DNA of 64,000 bases, taken from a virus (lineage: Duplodnaviria; Heunggongvirae; Uroviricota; Caudoviricetes). Each line of letters opens with the position of its first letter. Positions within the stretch are counted from its first letter, which is position 1. The notes beneath the pieces were generated by a model. The model was not told the origin of the DNA and did not search any database. It saw only the letters and a list, made by a program, of their open reading frames with translations. Location of the stretch: the IMG/VR virus record IMGVR_UViG_3300036770_007945, positions 64,001 to 128,000 of that record; one strand, 5' to 3'. Position numbers and translations under genes: made by a program. Shown piece after piece: positions 39,718 to 48,107 of the stretch.

Positions 39718-40728
39718 TTAAAATGTGTTTTTGATAGTTATATAATCTTCGTAACCTTTCTTACGAAGTTTGCAAGAAGGACACTCTCCACAACCATAAC
39801 CCCAAGGATGTCTAAACTCACGATTCCCTATATAACAAGTATGACTATCTTCTAAAACTGTATTTAGGATACCAACTTTTTCTGCTAGATAGAATGTTTG
39901 AGCTTTAGTTAAATACATTAACGGCGTATGTATTTTAATAAAGCCTTCTAAGAAAAGTGTAGGTAATTCATTGCTTAAATTTGCAAAAATTCTCCGTAGA
40001 AAGTTTCCCTCGTAGACATTACTTAATAATTTAGGTTCATAGGAGGTTCCTTGTAAGATATAATAAGGAATCTTTCTATCGTCTCCTTGAATCTTATATG
40101 CGGATCTATCGGTTTTAACCCAACTATCTCTTACAATCTCTCCTACACCACCAAAGAAATTTTTGATTTCCTCTATAGCTGGGTGTCTTATTAGTATGAA
40201 GTCCTCATTGTGTATTGTGCAAGTATTATCTACTAAGATAGCTCGAATTTCGTTGAGGCTTAGGCGAGAAATATTTGTTGCAGCAAACAAAGAACTCTCT
40301 AACTCATCTATAAAAAGTCTTCTACAATCAGGATAGCCTGCGTCATCAGTTTGGCAAGTTCCTGTCACGAGGTTTTCTAAACCTGCTTTCTGTGCATAAG
40401 TGTTTGCTAAGGATAATAAGATTAGATTTCTATTAGGAACAAAGCTTGCAGGCAGCGTTTTCAGCCGTGAGTGTTTTACAGTTACATCTCCTCCTACTGA
40501 GGTTAGTGCACTATCACAGATATCTTTTAAGAAAGAAATATCTACTACTGTTCGCTTAATACCTAAATCCTTACAGATTTTCGCTCCTTGTTCTAACTCT
40601 ATTGAGTGTTGTTGTCCGTAATTAAAACTTATAGCCTCTACGTAATTAAATTGTTGTTTAGCCCAACCAAGACAGGTTGTAGAATCTTGTCCTCCTGAGA
40701 AGGTCACTAAAGCTGAAGAATTTTTCAT
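39718..40728 (-). CDS. queC: 7-cyano-7-deazaguanine (preQ0) synthase with a ~110 aa insertion
   Basis: SGGQDSTTC, FNYGQQH, FVPNRN, YPDCR, TPLM, SHTCY...CGECPSC. Confidence 0.93.
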   Translation of the reverse strand: MKNSSALVTFSGGQDSTTCLGWAKQQFNYVEAISFNYGQQHSIELEQGAKICKDLGIKRTVVDISFLKDICDSALTSVGGDVTVKHSRLKTLPASFVPNRNLILLSLANTYAQKAGLENLVTGTCQTDDAGYPDCRRLFIDELESSLFAATNISRLSLNEIRAILVDNTCTIHNEDFILIRHPAIEEIKNFFGGVGEIVRDSWVKTDRSAYKIQGDDRKIPYYILQGTSYEPKLLSNVYEGNFLRRIFANLSNELPTLFLEGFIKIHTPLMYLTKAQTFYLAEKVGILNTVLEDSHTCYIGNREFRHPWGYGCGECPSCKLRKKGYEDYITIKNTF

Positions 40729-40771
40729 AATTTTTATTAATTATAGTTATTATTATTACTTACTAAGCGTT

Positions 40772-41698
40772 TCAAAAATTTTTATTTACAATACTTCTAA
40801 AAGCTGCAATATTATACTTTATAAAAGTTTCCTGTGTTATATCTTGTTTTTGGATTAAGGTTTTCATCTTTTGTTTATCTTTATAAAGCAATCCGAACTG
40901 CTTACTATAAGGAATCTCTTTCAACCCATGCAGAACTGGAGAGCTTGTATCTATAGTATCTACAATCTTTTCTAAACTTATATTATCTTTTTGATATTGT
41001 AGAAACTCAAAAAGTAAATCTACGCCTAAAAAATGATGTTTACGATCTTCTCGTAGCTCTCCGGTTTGCACGAGGAATTTAATGAAATCTACTCTTCCAT
41101 TTCGCGGCACCACGATCTTGGTTAAGTCTATACCACTATAATATAACACTCCTTGCTGCATTATTAAGTTACTCCACTCTTGAGCTTCTACGCGCTCACT
41201 TTCTGTATAATTCTCAGTGATAAAATCTGACAAGTATTCCGATCTCACTAACTCTCTATCTACAGATAAATCTACAGGAAGATCGTAAGGAATTGCAACT
41301 TTCTCAAACATAGAGGTTAATTCTCGATAACATAAAAATTGCTCTTCAAGAGTTCTACCTTGAACGACTCCTATTGGAGTTGCTTCTATTTTCTCTACCT
41401 CTATAAGCTTCAACCAAGACTTAGCTGCTTGTAGAGTCTTATCTTTCTCAAAGAGATGGTCTGGCACTACGAATTCAGTCGGTCTTATGGCCTTGATGTA
41501 TTTTAAATAATCTTCATCTGCCATAGGAAAACCTTCCTCGAAGGTTCCGCAATCAAGTATTTTAAATTTAGTATCTACACAAGCATGTTTAAAATACTTT
41601 TCGTCTTGTGCAGCGATAGTAGAAATATAGTAGTTATAATCTGTTAGACTCTCAACAAGTCCTGCTATACTGAGAGGGTGTTCGTGCGCTATTTTCAT
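40772..41698 (-). CDS. TGT/DpdA-like TIM-barrel protein (candidate deazaguanine transferase)
   Basis: ILDCGTF, VVPD, IGVVQG, HFLG and IDTSSP correspond to TGT-fold motifs; embedded in the queC/queF/folE cluster. Confidence 0.6.
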   Translation of the reverse strand: MKIAHEHPLSIAGLVESLTDYNYYISTIAAQDEKYFKHACVDTKFKILDCGTFEEGFPMADEDYLKYIKAIRPTEFVVPDHLFEKDKTLQAAKSWLKLIEVEKIEATPIGVVQGRTLEEQFLCYRELTSMFEKVAIPYDLPVDLSVDRELVRSEYLSDFITENYTESERVEAQEWSNLIMQQGVLYYSGIDLTKIVVPRNGRVDFIKFLVQTGELREDRKHHFLGVDLLFEFLQYQKDNISLEKIVDTIDTSSPVLHGLKEIPYSKQFGLLYKDKQKMKTLIQKQDITQETFIKYNIAAFRSIVNKNF

Positions 41699-42297
41699 AA
41701 GGTCTTTAAGTTTAAATTATTGTAAATGTAAGTCACTCGTTCTTCTAAATCTTCCATACACAGTAGTTTTATATTATATTTTTCTTTATATTCCTCATAA
41801 AATTCTAAGAATAAAGTATTTATTCGTTCTCTACTAGTCTCATCCATTGCAAACTTATCTCTATCTATAAAACTAATCGAAGGAAGTGTAGGAAGTATGT
41901 ATATAATACTATAAGGTTTTAAATCTAAAAGATTTAAAACTTGTCTTTCTATACCTTGATAATCTTGGAGACTCAAACTCTCTTGCTCGTAAAAATACTT
42001 ACTATAGATTAAAGTATCTACAAAACCTCTATCTTTCAGTATCAAACTATTTCGGCAACTGTCATAACTATTTAGTATTGCTTGTTCTCTTTGTATTAGA
42101 AGGCTCTGTTTCTCTAAAAGATCGATATTCGCAAGCTTAATATCATTAAAAGCCGAAGGTGTTAAAACTAACTCTTTATCTAAAGATTTAAACTCTCCAT
42201 ACTTAACAAGTAATCTATTTATTAAAGTAGTTTTTCCAGTGCAGTGACTTCCAGAGAAGACTATAATATCGTTGTTATTATTACGTTCTAGACACAT
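41695..42297 (-). CDS. Nucleoside monophosphate kinase (AAA_28 / TMPK-like)
   Basis: FSGSHCTGKTT, DRGFVDTLIY; 4-nt overlap with the downstream gene. Confidence 0.8.
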   Translation of the reverse strand: MCLERNNNNDIIVFSGSHCTGKTTLINRLLVKYGEFKSLDKELVLTPSAFNDIKLANIDLLEKQSLLIQREQAILNSYDSCRNSLILKDRGFVDTLIYSKYFYEQESLSLQDYQGIERQVLNLLDLKPYSIIYILPTLPSISFIDRDKFAMDETSRERINTLFLEFYEEYKEKYNIKLLCMEDLEERVTYIYNNLNLKTL

Positions 42298-42347
42298 ATT
42301 ATTTTTTAATGTATTATATTTTTAATCATACTCTCTCTTTACTATTC

Positions 42348-42941
42348 TCAATTAAAGAGATCCGGGTAATTACCCTTAAAGAAAGATATCCAGGCTTCTA
42401 TAGAAGTCTCTTTCAAAGTATTATAGTAAGTCTCTCTTAGAGTGCTACTAGAATTTATACTTTTCGATATCGCTGTATAAACTGGACCATTATCCAATTC
42501 AGCTGTGCATCTATGGACAATACTACCAACAACTTTTAAACTTTTTGAAAAAGCTTTCTCTTGTGGATCCTTACCTTTCAAGTCTGGATACATAGTTATT
42601 AAGCCTGGATGTCCATTATAGATCTCAAATCTCTGACAAATACTCGCTGGTATAATTCTTAAATAACCATGTAAAGTGATTAAGTCGCTTTCTTGAAAAA
42701 CCTTTTCATAGTCAAATTCGTTTTGTTTAAACTCAGGTAATTTCCTAACTAAAGGAGTATTCGTATCTTTATCTAGTAAACTTACTAACTCTTCTACTGT
42801 TTTAGTAGAAGAGTCTTCTTTTTTATTAGTAAAAATGTAGTCAGGGTAGCGATTAAGAACTTTACTTATTGCCACTATCTCTGAACCTGTTTGAGAGAAT
42901 AAAGCAACCCACCTCTGTTTTCTTTGTTTAGAGTTAGTCAT
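42348..42941 (-). CDS. PurN-like formyltransferase (DpdN-like)
   Basis: ALFSQTGSE, LHGYLRII, NGHPGL...LKGKDP, GSIVH, LDNGP. Confidence 0.85.
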   Translation of the reverse strand: MTNSKQRKQRWVALFSQTGSEIVAISKVLNRYPDYIFTNKKEDSSTKTVEELVSLLDKDTNTPLVRKLPEFKQNEFDYEKVFQESDLITLHGYLRIIPASICQRFEIYNGHPGLITMYPDLKGKDPQEKAFSKSLKVVGSIVHRCTAELDNGPVYTAISKSINSSSTLRETYYNTLKETSIEAWISFFKGNYPDLFN

Positions 42942-42947
42942 GTATGC

Positions 42948-43877
42948 TTATTGTTGAGCTGTTCTTTCAAACAGATAATCTACATTGTTGTAATTATTAA
43001 CTACTTTATCTAAAACCTCCTGCGATGATGCTCGGATACTATGTATATCTAGCCCTCCTCGTCGATTGTAGATATTCGCTACTAATAACTCTTGACAATT
43101 GTAACGGTTCATTAAAGTATCAAACAACAGTTCTGTAATATTTTCGTGGAAGTGTTGAGCATCTCTCATCGAAAACACGTATTTAGCTAAACCTTCTAAA
43201 GAAGGTAGAGTTTTACCCTTCATGTATATATAACTGTTACCTGTATCTTTTTGACGTGTAATCTCACAAAGACTTCTTAGATTTGTTGTATGAAAAGTTA
43301 ATGTATCTTCATTTCCGGACGCTTCATCTAATAAGGAGGTATCTTCTTTAAAAGTGTCGATTTTAAAATTTTTTTTGTCTATATTTGTGAAAGGTATTTT
43401 AAAAATAGGATTTAACTTAACTAAACCACAGTTATCTTCAGCAAGATGTAACTTTACTTGCACGTCTGTCTGTAAGCTTGTAGATAAAGCTTCTTTAATA
43501 ACTCTCTCTACTTCCTCTACACTTGCAAATCGCTCTAAATCGAAAGAGTTTAAGAATAGTTTGTGAGATTTAGATTCTACCATTGCATAAGAAGTGTGTG
43601 GATACGTAACTTTAAGAATTCCTGTAACTGGTTGCCCAGAACTGCTTAAGAAAGACATCTCGTAAGCATGCCAGACTTCATAACCAACAAACTTTCTAAC
43701 GTCAATCTTATTCTCTTCTCTACCTAGAACTCTTGGGATAGCAACCAGTAAAGAAGTATCGTGTTTATCAGGTGTTAAGTAAGGAGCCATAAAGCCTCCG
43801 TCTGAAGTTCGACCTAAATGTTTCCCTGCTATATCTTTAACACTTTGTTTTTTAATCTCGTTTATATTTGTTTTCAT
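42948..43877 (-). CDS. queF: NADPH-dependent preQ0 reductase (two-domain QueF)
   Basis: WHAYEMSFL, VESKSHKLFLNSF, LRSLCEITRQKD (catalytic Cys/Asp), HFHE, YNRRGGLDI. Confidence 0.9.
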   Translation of the reverse strand: MKTNINEIKKQSVKDIAGKHLGRTSDGGFMAPYLTPDKHDTSLLVAIPRVLGREENKIDVRKFVGYEVWHAYEMSFLSSSGQPVTGILKVTYPHTSYAMVESKSHKLFLNSFDLERFASVEEVERVIKEALSTSLQTDVQVKLHLAEDNCGLVKLNPIFKIPFTNIDKKNFKIDTFKEDTSLLDEASGNEDTLTFHTTNLRSLCEITRQKDTGNSYIYMKGKTLPSLEGLAKYVFSMRDAQHFHENITELLFDTLMNRYNCQELLVANIYNRRGGLDIHSIRASSQEVLDKVVNNYNNVDYLFERTAQQ

Positions 43878-43894
43878 ATGAACTTTTTTTGAAA

Positions 43895-44560
43895 TTATTT
43901 GTTTTTAATTAAGTTTAGAAATTCAGCTCTCAAAGAAGATTCTGTTTTGAATCTCCCTCCTAACTTACTTGTAGTTGTTGTTGAATTCGTATCGTTTACT
44001 CCTCGCATAGCAACACAATAATGTTTGCCGTTCAAGACTACTGCTACGTCTTCTGTGCCCAGAATAAAAACTAAAGCGTGAAAAATTTGTTCTGCTAATC
44101 TTTCTTGCACTTGTGGACGTTTGCAAAAGAACTCTACAATTCTATTTATTTTTGACAATCCTAATACCTTGTCTTTAGGAATATAGCCGACATTAGCTAA
44201 ACCATCTATCACTACAAAGTGGTGTTCACAGTTAGAAATAGCAGTGATATTTTTCTCAACAACAACCTCATCGTAACGCATTTTATTTTCTATGACGGTG
44301 CATTTTGGAAAATTCTTATAATCTAACCCGGAGAATATCTCTCGAACAAACATCTTTGAAACCCTCTTTGGCGTATCCATTAGAGAATCGTCTTTTAAAT
44401 CTAAACCTAAAATCTCCATAATCTGTTTAAAGTTTTCAGTGATCTTTTCGATCTTTTCTTCTTCAGTATAATTACTTGCAACAGTCGGGGTTTCTACTCC
44501 ACAAGCTTTTAAATAATCTTGCACTTTTTTTCCTAAATCGAAATCGGTTTTATCTTTCAT
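43895..44560 (-). CDS. folE: GTP cyclohydrolase I
   Basis: DTPKRVSKM, SNCEHHF, GLSKINRIVE...RPQVQERL, HYCVAMRGV. Confidence 0.97.
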   Translation of the reverse strand: MKDKTDFDLGKKVQDYLKACGVETPTVASNYTEEEKIEKITENFKQIMEILGLDLKDDSLMDTPKRVSKMFVREIFSGLDYKNFPKCTVIENKMRYDEVVVEKNITAISNCEHHFVVIDGLANVGYIPKDKVLGLSKINRIVEFFCKRPQVQERLAEQIFHALVFILGTEDVAVVLNGKHYCVAMRGVNDTNSTTTTSKLGGRFKTESSLRAEFLNLIKNK

Positions 44561-44631
44561 ATGTATAATAATTTAAGTTAGTAATAATTCTTATTTTAAA
44601 TCTTTTTATTTCGAGAAGCCACTAGTTTAAG

Positions 44632-45561
44632 TTAAAAAACTTCAGAAGCATTAAACTTTGTAAAGTAATCTATTGCACTCTCACTCTTAGCTTTTAACAA
44701 CTCATAAGCGATTTTTAAGCTCTCTTCGTTTAATTTATAACGCACAGTATAGTTGTTTGCCACGTTAGCTACTAAATTCGGTTTAATTTCTTTTAAAAAT
44801 AAAGATTTGAAACAAGCATGTGATAAATTTGTATTGTCAACGAAAATCTTCACTACTGGTTGCTTCTTATTCAAGTGTGGGGTGCAAGGTCTATTAGATA
44901 GTTGCAAGAACATCGGACTTCCTGCCTCTACTGTTGCAGTTTCCGGTATTATTGAATATAACATTGTTGGTATTTTAAGATCTATGCCTTGTTTAATCAT
45001 CGACCTCATAGAAACTAATACTTTGCAAGAACCTTCGTCTACTCGCTTCAACACCTCACTCTTCTCTTTAGAAAGCATTGCCCCATAAAAGCCTGAAGCG
45101 ATTGCATTTTCTGGAGTAGTTAAATTTCTTTTAACCGCCTCTTTATTTATTAAATCTAATAAAGTTCGAAGATGTTCTACTCTGTCTGTAGGTATAATTA
45201 TGCAAGGATGTTCTTTTAAATCTATAAATAAATGCTCAAGGAGTAAATTATTTTTTGCTTCAGATTTCAACATATTTGATATACTGTGCGCCCACAATTT
45301 AGACTCTTTCCAAGATACTCCTGTATTTACCACTTGTATTTCAGGCACCAGAGAAGTTGTTCGACTAACAACAACAACCGGCCCTAAGATCTCCTGGATT
45401 ACAAATTCAAGGCAGTTGTGAGATAATATATCTACGTTTCCAGCCTTAATAAAATAATTGTGGTTATCCTGAACGGTTATGTCTAAAACTCTTACAGGTA
45501 TATTCACTACTGTTTCATTAAGCAGCACTTCATGTATTTTTGTTTCGTTTACAGGTTTCAT
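44632..45561 (-). CDS. Split-intein C-fragment fused to the SF2 helicase C-terminal half
   Basis: VLDITVQDNHNYF...ILSHN|C intein blocks F/G, then LEFVIQEILGPVV, DRVEH, KVLVSMRSMIKQGIDL (RecA2 domain, motif V). Confidence 0.9.
   Translation of the reverse strand: MKPVNETKIHEVLLNETVVNIPVRVLDITVQDNHNYFIKAGNVDILSHNCLEFVIQEILGPVVVVSRTTSLVPEIQVVNTGVSWKESKLWAHSISNMLKSEAKNNLLLEHLFIDLKEHPCIIIPTDRVEHLRTLLDLINKEAVKRNLTTPENAIASGFYGAMLSKEKSEVLKRVDEGSCKVLVSMRSMIKQGIDLKIPTMLYSIIPETATVEAGSPMFLQLSNRPCTPHLNKKQPVVKIFVDNTNLSHACFKSLFLKEIKPNLVANVANNYTVRYKLNEESLKIAYELLKAKSESAIDYFTKFNASEVF
45415..45561 (-). mobile_element. Split intein C-fragment (IntC, 49 aa)
   Basis: Own ATG with an in-frame TAA 3 codons upstream; ends His-Asn followed by Cys+1 (TGC at 45412-45414). 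Confidence 0.88.
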
Positions 45562-45713
45562 ACTAGATTAAAGTTATTACGGTTTTTAATTTTAATGTAT
45601 ATAAAAAAGAAAACTACAGTTTTTTGAATAAAAATATTTATATTTACCTGTTGCACTTTAAATTTATATACCTATATTTTAGCTTATAAAGGACGGAACC
45701 TACGTTCCTAGTA

Positions 45714-45845
45714 AATTTTTTAGACATTTTATTTCAATTTTTTAGACATTTTATTTCAATTTTTTAGACATTTTATTTCAATTTTTTAGACATTTTATTT
45801 CAATTTTTTAGACATTTTATTTCAATTTTTTAGACATTTTATTTC
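45714..45845. repeat. Six perfect 22-bp tandem repeats (iteron-like; putative replication origin)
   Basis: AATTTTTTAGACATTTTATTTC x6 (AGACA at 45722, 45744, 45766, 45788, 45810, 45832), no spacers, at the gene-strand switch. Confidence 0.85.
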
Positions 45846-46274
45846 AATTTTTTTAAATATTCAGGCCCTAATAGAAGGAATGCTACCTCAATAAACAAGA
45901 GCATGTCCCCGTCAAGTGGTGCGGTAAGCACGAAAAACTTCGGACATCCTTCGCACGCCAAAAGTGTATTTATTATATACCTATATCTTTCAACATAGAG
46001 GTGTATAATAGAGAAACTTCATAAGAGGATAGAATGTGATACAACCCTTATTGTCGTCTGTTTGGCTTTAAGGATTAAGTGGGTGAGATTCCCGACCGTT
46101 GCATATTACAGTAGTGAAAAGGGAGACCGAGTAACCAGCCCGCATCTACATATTTAAGAAATTAAAAAGTTTTAAATAACTTCGTGATTCAGAAAGAAAC
46201 ACGCAGAGAGAGATGTCTACTAAACAGATTTCCTCCTTTACGACACTATAACTTGCTATACCAAGAAACTTTGA

Positions 46275-46351
46275 GTAGCTTGAATAGAAGAGTAAGACTA
46301 AATAGTCCTTTTGATGGGATTATTTCAGCCTTACTCCTCTATTCAAGCTAC
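46275..46351. other. Long imperfect hairpin (~34 bp stem)
   Basis: GTAGCTTGAATAGAAGAGTAAGACTAAATAGTCC pairs with GGATTATTTCAGCCTTACTCCTCTATTCAAGCTAC; flanked by direct CCAAGAAAC repeats. Confidence 0.8.
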
Positions 46352-46550
46352 CCAAGAAACCTACAACAATCTCATTTCTTTTAAAAAATTTTGAAAAATT
46401 TAAAAAAACTAAAATTTAAAATAAAAGGAATTAAAAAAAAAAAGAAATTTTCTAATTGTCAATATCTACTTAGATAAGAAAGCTCTTATCTAATTTTTTA
46501 GTAAAAGTTTAATTTTATAAAAGTAACTTCTTATTAACTATCTTATTATT

Positions 46551-46946
46551 ATGTCAAGATTCACTATTTCAAAATTCTCTCCGAGATTACAAAAACGCAT
46601 TAAAGAAGAGCTTTCTAATATCAAGGAAATGAAAACTGCAACTTCGTCTTCTGCAGAAATTCTCACTAATATGAAAAATATTAAAAAAACCGTGCTTGAT
46701 TTACAAGTTGCTGCAAATAACAAATTAACCGAAGCATTACATCCTATTATTATAGAATTAATGAACTTGCAGGATAACATTACTCTTGATCCAGAAGAAG
46801 CCACTAGCTATGAAATAACTCTTCACGGAGAAATTGAAGATGTTATAACACAACTCAGAAAAATTCCTGCAGAAATTGCAAACGGAACTTTAGGAGGTCT
46901 AAAAGTAACTCTTCGTAGATTAATCAACAGAATAGAGACTGACTAA
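46551..46946 (+). CDS. Leader-family protein
   Basis: MSRFTISKFSPRLQKRIKEEL leader, then KTATSSS. Confidence 0.65.
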   Translation: MSRFTISKFSPRLQKRIKEELSNIKEMKTATSSSAEILTNMKNIKKTVLDLQVAANNKLTEALHPIIIELMNLQDNITLDPEEATSYEITLHGEIEDVITQLRKIPAEIANGTLGGLKVTLRRLINRIETD

Positions 46947-47070
46947 AACATTCAAATTTTTTCTCTTTCTAGATAAAAAGGCTAATTGCGCAGAATTATT
47001 ATCGTTGCCTTTTAAAAAATATGAGATAAATTCATAGTTACTAAATAATAACTATAATATATTTACCGCT

Positions 47071-47433
47071 ATGAAAAAAATTACATACACTGTTCGGGGA
47101 ACGGAGTCAAATTCTAGATACTTAGTTAACTTTCGAATAAATCAGAACATTTCAAAAGAACATTTTAAAGAACTCGTTAAACGGGCTGCTTACAACAATC
47201 AACGTAAAAAAGGTTTAGTCATTCTTCATAAGTTAGAAGACTTGAAACCTTTTACGGATTTTCTAGACACTATAAATGAGGAAGTTACCCCTTATAGAGT
47301 TGAAGTTATAAAAGAAGAAAAACAATACAAAACTAAACAAGGTATTTCTTGCAATTTTCACGATTATTGCGTAGATCTCTTAAATTTAAAACCACACTTA
47401 CACTCAACACTAGAATTAAAAACATCTCGTTAA
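47071..47433 (+). CDS. Hypothetical protein
   Basis: 120 aa ORF. Confidence 0.55.
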   Translation: MKKITYTVRGTESNSRYLVNFRINQNISKEHFKELVKRAAYNNQRKKGLVILHKLEDLKPFTDFLDTINEEVTPYRVEVIKEEKQYKTKQGISCNFHDYCVDLLNLKPHLHSTLELKTSR

Positions 47434-47523
47434 CGTAAAGGTGTAGGAACTTTTGTTTAATATCTTTAATTTTGTTTTAAAAGGATATTCAATACCTTTT
47501 TTTCTTTTTATCTATAAAACTCA

Positions 47524-47859
47524 TTGTGTATGACTACTATAAAACTTTCTGAATTATCTCCACGCTTGAGATTAAAAATCGAAGAAGCTTATCATAAAAA
47601 TAAACGCAAACAAATCGCTTCTCCTACTGTGCCTTTTTATCTTAAATGGGTAGAGGCTTTAAAAGATCTACCTACAGAGGAACTAGTAGATTTGGTAAAA
47701 GACTTTGAAATCACTGCTGGTGCCGGGGAACTTGATTATATTCGTAAAGCCTTAGAATCCTCCGATAACAATCAACGCGATATAGCTATAAGAGCTCTAA
47801 AAACTCATAAAAATTATATAGATGCTTTAGAAAAAATTGGCATGACTCATCTACGCTAA
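47524..47859 (+). CDS. Leader-family protein
   Basis: MTTIKLSELSPRLRLKIEEA leader, then KQIASP. Confidence 0.65.
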   Translation: MCMTTIKLSELSPRLRLKIEEAYHKNKRKQIASPTVPFYLKWVEALKDLPTEELVDLVKDFEITAGAGELDYIRKALESSDNNQRDIAIRALKTHKNYIDALEKIGMTHLR

Positions 47860-47930
47860 CCACACTTAAAAACTTTTTTATTTCAAGAGCACCAAAGTAA
47901 TTAACCTTTAGTATTCTTTACCTAATAAAA

Positions 47931-47980
47931 ATTCTATTAAATCGAAAAAAAATATTAATACTTTTTCGATTTAATAGAAT
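47931..47980. terminator. 19-bp perfect inverted repeat (terminator or operator)
   Basis: ATTCTATTAAATCGAAAAA / TTTTTCGATTTAATAGAAT. Confidence 0.55.
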
Positions 47981-48107
47981 CTTAAAATTTACACAGAACC
48001 TTTAGTTACAACTCTTTTTTAGCGCATTTAATAAACTTCTGGACATTTTATTTTATTATTAAATAATTAAGTAACTTAATTTAATTTAATTTAATTTAAT
48101 TAAAAAT

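Noticed and set aside
12337-44631. Free-standing homing endonuclease between the split-intein halves
   Set aside because: No HNH, GIY-YIG or intact LAGLIDADG ORF was recognised next to either half.
45714-45845. Possible CRISPR array
   Set aside because: The repeats are head-to-tail with no spacers, and no cas genes are present.
46184-46384. 66-aa ORF in the intergenic region
   Set aside because: GTG start, no recognisable motif, and it overlaps the long hairpin; probably spurious.
48077-48104. (AATTT)n run upstream of nrdB
   Set aside because: Low-complexity AT tract with no evidence of a specific function.
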